From assembly GCF_001194135.2 (NCBI RefSeq), contig NC_068984.1, forward strand, positions 45,447,372 through 45,511,371: a stretch of DNA of 64,000 bases, given 5' to 3'. The stretch comes from Octopus bimaculoides. Its lineage: Eukaryota. Each line of letters opens with the position of its first letter. The first letter of the stretch is position 1. Below are positions 1 to 11,300 of the stretch, in pieces. The position numbers and the translations under genes were made by a program. The notes below the pieces were generated by a model. The model was not told where the DNA came from and searched no databases. It saw only the letters and a program-made list of their open reading frames with translations.

Positions 1-599
1 TTCAATGAAGTAGAAGTAGAACCTGGTTTTCAGGTCAGATAAACAAGAGAAAGCAGAATTGTTTAGGGGCCACAAAACACAATAGTTCCTGAAAGATCTG
101 AATTTGAGATTATATGGTCTAACTTCTCCATTAAGCTGCAAACTATTTCTACCTTAGGCCAGCCCTTGTCATCACTACAATATACCTCCCACCACTTCCA
201 ACAGCCACACTAAATACTGTCCAACCCCCAGTTCATATTGTTGTTGTTACTGTTTAGCTACAGGTCAGATTTCCTTCACCAAAGATATTCTAGCTATGAC
301 CTTGACACCTTTCTTTATCAAACGATACCACAGATCCAATGACTGCAAGGTGAGGAGGGGGATACTTTTGGTGATCTCATCTCTGAAATGTTTTAATTAT
401 TTATTTTATGACTCATTACTGCCCATTTAATGACAATAACAAAAAAAAAAAAAAAATAATAATTTGTCATGCACTAAACCTAAAATAAAGTTACAACTGA
501 AAACCAGGAACTAACAAATTACAGCCAACTTGGTTTAATTACATGAAATGAAAATCACTTAGATATTTATGTCATCCAGTATTATTCAGCCACGAGGTA

Positions 600-1141
600 G
601 GCCCAGGAAGACCTGGGCTGAGGTGGTGAGGCAAGACCTTCGAACATTGGGCCCCACCGAGGCGATGACTACTGACCGAGACCTTTGGAAATGTGCTGTG
701 CGTGAGAAGACCTGGCAAGCCAAGTGAGNNNNNNNNNNNNNNNNNNNNNNNNNNNNNNNNNNNNNNNNNNNNNNNNNNNNNNNNNNNNNNNNNNNNNNNN
801 NNNNNNNNNNATCCTGAGCGTGACCGTTGCCAGTACCGCCTGACTGGCCTTGTAGGGTTTTCGAGCAAGATCGTTGCCAGTGCCCCTGGACTGGCTCTTG
901 TGCGGGTGGCACATAAAAGACACCATTTCGAGCGTGGCCGTTTTCGTGCGGGTGACATGTAAAAGCACCCACTACACTCTCTGAGTGGTTGGCGTTAGGA
1001 AGGGCATCCAGCTGTAGAAACTCTGCCAAATTAGATTGGAGCCTGGTGTAGCCATCCGGTTGCACCAGTCCTCGGTCGGATCGTCCAACCCATGCTAGCA
1101 TGGAAAGCGGACGTTAAACGATGATGATGATGATGATGATA
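600..1141 (+). mobile_element. SINE-like family A, long form with (GAT)n tail (contains gap)
   Basis: ggttggcgttaggaagggcatccagctgtagaaac...ggaaagcggacgttaaacgatgatgat; more than 25 related copies in the window. Confidence 0.85.
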
Positions 1142-1718
1142 ACTGGAGTTATCCACAAATCACAAAACACAGTTTCATGTTTACTTAATATAAAGCAACT
1201 GTGCAGCATCCTAGAGACGGGTACAATTATTTATTAATAGGCAATTTAGGTCAGGGGACATTTTTACATCACTTCATGCCTGTACCCAAGGTAATTACTT
1301 CACCTCTTCATGGTCTAAGATAATGTGTGCATCCCCTTCTGGCTACAATTAAATATATATAAAAAAAAAGGACATTTGATATTTGTTTCAATACGGAACT
1401 ACAACAGTCTCTTAAGTAGCAAGATTTTAATGTAAATACTGTTAGATATTATAATCATCAATCTAAGTAAAATTGAGGCTGTTCTTGCATACAGGCATGT
1501 CCTCTACATTCCTCTTCAGCTAAGTAATCCTAATCTTGCAGGCTTGTGGGTGCTGGTTCCAAGTAAAAGCACCCAGTACACTTTGTAAAGTGGTTGGCAT
1601 TAGAAAGGGCATCCAGCCATAGAAACCTTGCCACAACAGACATGGAGCCCAGGTAGCTCTTCAACTGGCCAACTCCTATCAAACCATCCAACACATGCCA
1701 GCATGGAAAACACATTAA

Positions 1719-1755
<37 letters not shown>

Positions 1756-2302
1756 CAGAGAATACAGGATGTTAAACAATAAATACACAATTTGAGCTCA
1801 GTCACTGCGTCTGTTGCTCCTTTTTTTGCAATATTTTAGTCAAAAGAGAAGGCAGTTCCCATAAACCTTTATAGGGCCTCCAAGACTGGTGGTGACAAGA
1901 AAGGAAGGTGTCCTCAAATCAGAGACCTGGCTTGACTACTTGCAACAGAGGACACTCCACTAAAAGCACTCAAGAAGTCAAGTGATTGTGTTAAACTGGT
2001 TATGGTGGGATTTGAACTCAAAATGTCTTTACAATCTAAGTTAAAATCCCCAAAATATCTGGACTGACACCCTAACAATTCTCATTTCGTATGTTTTTAT
2101 TACACTCAAAACGATGAAAGGCAAAGTTAACTTTAGCAAGATTTGAGTGCAGAAATCAGAAGAACTCTCATTAAGCATTGGATCTAAAGACTTTGCACAT
2201 TAACTTCTTAATAAGGTCTAATGTCTGTATCACTGATGACATAATTTTTGAAGAGATAAAAAGTTCTTTTTCTTTTTTTTTTTTGCAATAAAGGTTACCT
2301 AC

Positions 2303-2365
2303 CTTGTTTGCCCTGTGAGGATGGTGTTAATAACTGCCTTCATTAATTCACTGCTTGTGTATAAT
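2303..2365 (-). CDS. INTS7: INTS7 exon 16 (LYTSSELMKAVINTILTGQT)
   Basis: Preceded by U12 branch site TTCCTTAAC and ctatag; donor gtaggt; phases 2/2 fit. Confidence 0.88.
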
Positions 2366-5300
2366 CTATAGAGAGACCTGTTAAGGAATTCACATCAACA
2401 ACCACATCAATCACTTAACTATTTACATCGAACACTTTTTCTATGCAAACCAGCCAGAAAATATATCTCAGAGGACCTTCTGTATCATCATTGAGCCAAG
2501 TTGAAATAGCTGCCAAATCTTCCTCAAATTACACCTTGCTGTGCTCAAAAAGAAAAATAGAGAGAGGTGTACACTGACTGACTAATATAATTATGGCTGG
2601 ACTCTTCTGACCATAGGTCTGTTTAATCAGGGTTGAACTGGGACTCAACAACAACAACAATGTATGTTAAAACAATGATAAATAATAGTAATATTGCGGA
2701 AGGGGAAGATGTACTTTAAAAATACCTTCAAAAAATTCTGCTGCAGTATCCATGCTACAATGAGAGTCAATCCTTACATTTATGCTAAAATTTAGCGCAT
2801 AACTCTTAACCTTTTGTATGAGCATGGCATTGTAATATGCTATTTTCTCTGCTCTAAAGATGCTAAGCTGTGTGTTGTTGTTTAATACTGGATTAGCCCT
2901 AATTGAGCCGATCTATGGTAATTCTACCTAGACTGTTGATTAACAGCCCAGTCAAGATGGTATTTTCTTCTCCTACTCTTGTTTTTGCACACATCTACAA
3001 AATGACTTTCTAAAATGAACTTCCATTATGCAGCTGAAGAGTACATTTTCATTGCACATCTTATGTGGTGTCCTCACTACATGAATAAATGAAGTTTGTA
3101 CGAAACGTACGTACTGCTATAACCTATTGAATTTTTGTTGCTTTCTTCAAATTTTATTCACCAAATCTCTTGATTTTGTTTTTGGTTTTTACCCTACCAG
3201 ATTCTGGTGCCTCAAACATTTAAGTACCACATTTAATCTTTTGATTAAATCTATATTAGTACTTTGTACCCTAGACTGTATAGTGTATTTCGCAGTAATT
3301 CAGTTACTTTCCCAGCGGATCAAGCATCTATGTAGGTGTTTTCTTGTTGATTTTACTTAACCCAGCAGCAAAGACTCTCCACAGTTACTATTTTGTTGGG
3401 ATAAAAACAAGAGGTATTTTATACACAAATACCACATACACACAATTTTTAAAGGATACAGTTGCATATTAGCTAAGGAAGCAGGGTCTGCATCAAATGA
3501 AGACTGATAGAGATCCAAAAATTTCTGACTTAAATTACTGTAGCTGTTTTGGCATTTTAATAACTGAAATATTGAACACAAGAAAATATTAAAAGTACAG
3601 AGGAACAGTTATTGGAATAAAATTATAAAACAGATGTATTATTAGATGCAAAATTTGAACAATATCAAGATATCATCATTGTCATCATTTAACGTCTGTT
3701 GTCCATGCTGGCATGGGTTGACTGGGCTGGCACACTGGAAAGCTGTGCCAGGAACAGTGGTTCTCAACCTAAGTGATAGTATCCTTTTGTGATGGCATGG
3801 GGGTGCATTGTGAGCTTACAGAGTGGTGCTAAATGTCAAGATGGCAGTGTGGCAGGTTCTGAGTATTTAGAGAGACTGGGGCTTGATTCTTCTCAGAAAT
3901 AAAAACTAAGTACAATACTTATATTTTAAACATATTTTTGAAAAAAAAAAATCTTTGTTAGAATTAAAATATGAATAGGACATTGCATTATCAGTAAACA
4001 AAAACATGACCAATGACACGCCAAGGTTCCATATAATTTCATTATATGAGACTTCACTTTTGTTAGTAATTTCCATGAAAAGGGATGCCAGTCCATGCAA
4101 ATATCTCAAAAGGGGCACATGTTGGGTGGGATAATATTAGAACATGCAGATATTAAAACATGACAAAATTAGCTTGTGCTAGATCTGTTGGGTTTTTTTT
4201 TCATTCTTTATTGTAAAACATGAGGACAGTGCATTAGTAAAATGGTATTCCATGAAGGGGGCCACTGACCTACGAAAGGTTGAGAACCACTGCTTAAAAT
4301 CTCAACTCCCTTTCAGACTATAGGTTTTGTAACTGGATATCTTTTCTGATGCTAATCACCAGACATACTATTTTGTGTAGAAAAAGAGAACATACAAAAC
4401 TGCTAAATGTCTCATTTGATAGTTGGTGATGTAGTTAGCATCAGAAAAGATAACATAAATTTTACAGTTCAGTTTTAACAAAGTTTTAATTGATGTAATA
4501 AACCTCATTTACATATAATGTTTCAAATCATATCTTAATTGACACATAATTGGTTAGCAATATAAAGAGTAACCAATTGCAAAAATACATGTATATGTCA
4601 AGGTTTCTAATAACATTCAACCCTTGCTGATAGAGTAAAATAATGCATACCAAGTTAATAACTTACTGTCACATCACATTACATTAGATCTAGTGAGCTT
4701 AGACATATTCTTGAGCAGTTCTTAACACTGGATCAGAATGTTCTTAAATTTCTTTCTTCTTTATAAAACACATACGCACACATTGCTATAATGAGACAAT
4801 TTACCTGAGAGATTACAGGACCACATCGACTGATGTCACGAGCATTAGTGACAGCCATGGCAGAGGCTATTGCAGGAGGAGGACATGTCTGGAAAGTGGA
4901 ACAAGTCTGACACAGGTGCTGGTGTAACTGTACAAGCTCACAGCGCAAGGTGCAGTATTCACTCTGGAACTGAAGACGGAAATTTTGTGTTGTGGCAGCC
5001 TGCAGTATAAAATAAAGGAAATGATCGGAATGACAATAACAGAATGGTCGAAAGGTCAAAGTATTGGAATACTGATTATATAGAAGGGAGTTCAAATCTC
5101 TAGTGTTTTCTTAAGCAAGGGACTTCTCTATGCTTTTTTGAGTTTACCTTACAAATAAGCAACAGATTCTACCCCAACTACATTGTTGAGTAAGGGCATC
5201 TGGTTATGAAAACAATTACTTCAAAATGAATACATGCAAGAACGCATAAACAGAGAGTTAAACAGAAGATTAAAAGTGTTCTGAAAAGAATGGTTGTGTT

Positions 5301-8300
5301 TAAAACATTTGGAGACTCTCCCAGACAGGTGAGATTGAAGTAGTTAATGCCAAGCATGGATAACTCCAGGGAAAATATGGGAGGAGAGGCGGGAGGAGTT
5401 TTTGTCTAGATGCTTGAAATAAAATTAATCCAACTGAAAGCACTTAAGGATTAGGTGGTGTTAAACTGAGCAGCAACCACTCCTAAAACAGTAAAATGTA
5501 AATAAATGAATAAATAACTATATATCCTGATCAGTAGAATTAGAATAAGTCACACTGGCAACCATGTCCAGTGAAAAGTGGTTGAAAAAATATGCTTCCT
5601 ATGCATCCAGATAGATGAGATATGTAATAGATATGGTTGAAATCTACTACATTAATAATAAAGTAGAATCTTTACTGGCAAATATGATCTGCCTGCAACT
5701 CATATAGCATGCTACTTGCATTGTTCCAAGGTTGAAATAAAAACCTGAACTATGTGAAGTAGATGAATGCCAGAACTTAGACCTTCCTTTAATTCAGCTA
5801 GAAGATCCAGCTGGCACATGAGCTTTAGCACATTCACAGAATTCTGAGAAGCAGAATATTCAAGACCACACCAAAGTGATACAAAGCAAAGTTGAAACAT
5901 GTACATTAACAACTAAAAACAATACAAACATGATTTCCATCAAGTTTACTAGATAGATCTCTGTTTGACCTGCACTGCAGATATGTGGACACCACAGTTT
6001 CATTCACATTTCATTATGTTAACAATAAATGATAATCATTATTTTATGTTGGCAAGGATTTCAAGGGTTGTTATGGTCCAAGTTAGCTGTTATTCAGAAT
6101 TACTGCTCTCCTAAATAGGATGGAGGACAACATTTTACATGTATGTTTCAGTTTTGGCAAACACAAATTGGCATAATAATATTATTGCTAATAAGCTTCT
6201 AGGAGCAAGACATAATTCATACCTCCAGGAGTTGGCAATAAAGAAATGAACACCAACACATCAGGATCAGTGGCTATACACTTGCCAGTAATCCATAGGT
6301 AAAACAAGGTAAATACTAAAATATCTGAAGCAAATGCAATGAACTTTCAGACCTATTCAATAAAAGACAAAAATGATGATGATGATGACAATGATGGTAA
6401 AAGTGGCAGTAACAACAATGATAAAAATCTTTAAAATTTTTAAACCTTTAATTATTTACCAACCATCATCATCACTGAAGTTGACGATAGACTATATTTC
6501 ACTGATGAGGCCTAATAAGACTGAAACATGTGTGAAGTTGTCACCTATCTGCTAAAGATTGGACTCACTCCTAACTGCATTTTACATTTAAACTATTGGA
6601 GCTATCTCCATTTGCTTTATATCTATCAATCCATCCATGCATACATACATTCACATGTACACACACATGTATACATACATATATACATACACCCACACAT
6701 ACATACAAACATACAATATCATCATCATCATCATCATCGTTTGACGTCCGCTTTCCATGCTAGCATGGGTTGGACGATTTGACTGAGGATTGGCAAACCA
6801 GATGGCTGCACCAGGCAGAGTTTCTACAGCTAGATGTCCTTTCTAACGCCAACCACTCTGAGAGTGTAGTGGGTGCTTTTACGTGCCACCGGCATGAGAG
6901 CCAGTCAGGCAGTACTGGCAACAGCCACGCTCAAAATGGAGCCAGTCCAGCGGCACTGGCAATGACGTCGCTAGAATGTTTTTTCCCGTGCCAGTAAGGC
7001 GATGCTGCGATTGTTCACATCACTAAGACTGTAAGATAGTGAAAAGTAGCGACAGTGGACAATGATGATAATTATAATGATAATGGTAGGGATGATGATG
7101 GTGCTACCGATGTTAGAAATAGCAGCTCAAGAGTTTACCTGAAGTTGGGAAATGCCTCGCTGATAATGAGTTAAAGCCTCACCAATCATTGAAGACAGAT
7201 TGTTCTTTGTTGATTCAGAGCTGATGCTTGTGGTTCCAGTGTCACATTGGTGTGGCTTGTTGAGAGCCCCAGTCAGCAGGCTGTCACCAAGACATAGATC
7301 ATGGAGCCCTGACAGCCAAAAGTAAAAATGCTCAGAAGCCACCTGGAAATTGAGAAAAATATCTAGTCAGATTTAAAAAGAAAACAAACACAAATGAAAC
7401 ACACAATGAAAGTAAAACATGGCATGTAAAAAGCACCCAGCACACTCTGCTAAATGGTTTGGCATTAGGAAGGGCATCCAGCCATAGAAACCATGCCTCA
7501 ACAGACAGCTGGAGCCAGAACAGTAACCTACTAGCCAGCTCCATGTCAAACCATCTAACCCATGGCAACATGGAAAGTGGACGTTAAACAATAATGATGA
7601 TGTTGATAGATGTCTGAACATCATATTTTTACTTCACAATTGAATGGTTACTTGCAGGATGGACTTCTCGTAGAAATATTTTTTCTAACGGCATAAAACT
7701 TGCATTTTGTAAAATCTTTTGATGCTTGATGCTGTGGATGTACAAACAAATAAAGGACCCCCTCTTTTTGGTTGTTAAAATAGGTAGACATAGCAGTCAA
7801 ATCCCCTTAACACTTTAGCTTTTAAATTGGCCATATCCAGCCCAAACATGTTACCTGTTTAATGTTCTAAGCAGCCAGATCCAGCCTATCACACTAACCC
7901 TTCAATGCTATTCTAAGAATATAGCCAAATGAGGCCACAACTGTGGCCTATGCGGGTGCCTTAATCATCCTGATGCTATAGTAAAAGATACTTGCCTAAG
8001 GTATGACGCAGTGGGACTGAACCCAGAACTAAGTGGTTGGGAAGCAAATTTCTTACCATACAGCCCTACCTAGCACCTATATGGATAGAAACAATAAATT
8101 AACCTCTCTCCCTCTCCATACTGGTATTTCCCATCAGCTGCAAACTCCAGCCTTGTTCAATTCATCACTCATTCATCTCTACCACCATGTGTTACTCTCA
8201 CCATAACTCTTATGAAACAACCCATCATCTCCTTCCCCTTCTCTACAATCTTTACCTCCTTCCCAGTTACTCCTGCCCACCCTTATGTAGTGTTGGGTAG

Positions 8301-11300
8301 CCGTATATCTTCTCCATAGCAAGGTACCTGTGCTAGTCCCTTTATTATACTCTAATCCTTTAGCATTTAAACCGGCCAGATCTGGCCCAAATATTCTATA
8401 TGTCATATGTTCAAACTGACCAGATCTAGCTTCTCGCACCTATCCTACAATGTCATTCTAAATATATACAATTACATCATCAAAATGCCAAAGCCACAAG
8501 TTAATGCATGATTAATTCAAAATGATGTGAACAAATAAGCATTGCATTTGATGGAGTAATCTGAATGTTAAATGGCTAAACTCTCACCACCTAACATAAA
8601 ATCCACCTCTCCCTCTCAAATACTACTCCAACTAAGCCGAGGGGGGTCTTTTTCCTGCTCTTTTACTATCTTGCAAGTTACTTGGAGACCTCACTAGCGC
8701 TGGCAGCATGAAAAAGGTACCCAGTACACAATGTAAAGTGGTTGGCATTTGGGAAGGCATCCAGCCATAGAAGCCATGCCAAAGGTGACACAGCCCTATG
8801 GGCCACCAGATCCTGTCAAACAAGCCAACCCATACCAGCAAGGTAAAATATACGTTAAATGATGATGATGACGATGGTGATAAGCACTTCTGAAATTTGT
8901 GTGCTCTCCCAATCAAGTGAATTCAAAATGGAATAAAGAGCAAGAAAAAAACTAATCAGTCCTATTCAGTAAGTTGTTTTAATAACCTTAGAAGGATGAA
9001 AGGTTAAAGTTTACTTAAGAAAGATTTGAACTCTGATCCAAGATAAACTGAACTTCTTAATCATGTATCTGCATCTGCTTTACATCGTGGTATTATTGAT
9101 TCATAGGTTGAGTTAGAGGCAAGGGACATTACTCTTTGTAGCACACTGGAGCTGGCTGAGTAAAATAGAGGTAATAAAGTGTTGTCGTTGTTGTTGCTTA
9201 GTCTGAAGTCAGTCCGAATAGAGAATACCTATGATCTAAAACCTTTCGTATATCAGAGGAAAGATTGTCTAATATGCTCTTTTTTTTTTTTTTTTTTAAA
9301 TGGCAGGCAAAAGAAAGCGCATGCAGCCATGGAAAAGCGGCCTCAACACATTCCATCTGATCCTTGCAAGCATGGAAAAGTGGATATTAAAACGATGATG
9401 ATGATGATGATAGTCTGATTTGAAAGCGATTTGGCTACAATACCTAGCAGTTTGAGTGACCACATACAATATACAAATCAAGCATGGATAACCTTTTTCA
9501 AGAAGCAGGCCACATGAGACATGGCTGTCATCAAGCAGGCTGCATTAGTAAACAAATTCAAGGTAAGTTTTCATTAGGCATGCAGTTTAGAAAGCCTTGC
9601 AGGTGAAGTTTACCCATGACCGGTATAAGCTATAGTTGAGGGTAACTATTTCTCATAAACACAGAGATTTAGAAAGTTACACGTAAAATACACCATTTCG
9701 AGCGTGGCCGTTGCCAGTCAAATCGTCCAACCCATGCTAGCATGGAAAGTGGACGTTAAACGACGATGATGATGATGATGAAAAGACTGGGCAATGGGAA
9801 AGAGAAAAGCTGCTTTTGTCAAGTCATTTTTGTGGACTTTTGTAAAGTAACAGCAGATGAAGCAAATGTTTTTTTTTAGTTGTTCACTCGGGACTTACAC
9901 CAACCACTCAGAGAATGTAGTGGATGCTTTTTATATACCACCAGCACAAGAGGCTAGAGGAGCTGGCAACGATCACGATCAGATGGTGATTTTTATGTGC
10001 CACCGGCACGGAAGCCAGTCAAGACGGCACTGGCATCGGCCACGTTTGGATGGTGCTTTTTACGTGCCACCAGCACAGGGCTCACAACTACAATTTCCAT
10101 TTGATTTGATTTTGATATTGCTGATATTGATGTACTTGACTCAATAGGTCTCCTGAAGGACGACATGTCGCACTATGATCCAAGGTACTTTTGAATGGGT
10201 TAGTTATGCGACACTGGTGTAGGTTACAGCCATGGGCTCACTTTATTTGCCAGGTCTTTTCAGTCACAGCATACCTCCAGAGGTCTTGGTCTTTTGTCAC
10301 TGCCTCTGTGAGGCTCAATATATATATGAGCGAGATCGTTGCCAGTGCCCCTGGACTGGCTCTTGTGCTGGTGACACATGAAAGTTCTTCGAGCGAGATC
10401 GTTGCCGGTGCCCCTGAACTGGCTCTTGTGTGGGGTTGTTGTAGGACTTTTGAGCGAGATCGTTGCTGGTGCCCCTGGACTGGCTCTTGTGCGGGTGACA
10501 CATGAGGTTTCTCGAGCGAGATGAGCATGGCCGTTGCCAGTACCGCCTGACTGGCCTTCGTGCGAGTGACACGTAAAAGCACCCACTACACTCTCTGAGT
10601 GGTTGGCGTTAGGAAGGGCATCCAGCTGTAGAAACTCTGCCAAATTAGATTGGAGCCTGGTGTTGCCATCTGGTTTCACCAGTCCTCAGTCAAATCATCC
10701 AACCCATGCTAGCATGGAAAGCGGACGTTAAACGATGATGATGATGATGATGATGATGATATATATATATATATAGTTNNNNNNNNNNNNNNNNNNNNNN
10801 NNNNNNNNNNNNNNNNNNNNNNNNNNNNNNNNNNNNNNNNNNNNNNNNNNNNNNNNNNNNNNNNNNNNNNNNNNNNNNNNNNNNNNNNNNNNNNNNNNNN
10901 NNNNNNNNNNNNNNNNNNNNNNNNNNNNNNNNNNNNNNNNNNNNNNNNNNNNNNNNNNNNNNNNNNNNNTGTGCGGGTGACACGTAAAAGCACCCACTAC
11001 ACTCTCTGAGTGGTTGGCGTTAGGAAGGGCATCCAGCTGTAGAAACTCTGCCAAATTAGATTGGAGCCTGGTGTTGCCATCTGGTTTCACCAGTCCTCAG
11101 TCAAATCATCCAACCCATGCTAGCATGGAAAGCGGACGTTAAACGATGATGATGATGATGATGATGATGATATATATATATATATAGTTAATTCAAATAA
11201 ACGAGTAAAAATTAATGGACAACAAAAGGATGTGCACAAGAAATGTATCAGCTTGATGCTTGGTGAAAAGAGAGAGTTTGACATTTCGAGTGTAGCTCTT

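Noticed and set aside
1-2302. Search for INTS7 exon 17
   Set aside because: Candidates near 1160-1230 and 1860-1960 hit stops or show no similarity. The exon is presumably left of the window or unrecognised.
5712-5912. 66-aa minus-strand ORF inside INTS7 intron 13
   Set aside because: No recognisable similarity, and the flanking exons join in frame without it.
10328-10560. Regularly spaced repeats resembling a CRISPR array
   Set aside because: The context is eukaryotic, whole units are similar with no unique spacers, and there are no cas genes.
572-11090. His-, Ser- and Asp-rich ORFs such as HHHHHH and MLAWVG...
   Set aside because: They are translations of the (CAT/GAT)n tails and bodies of family A repeats, or they cross N gaps. 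They are not genes.
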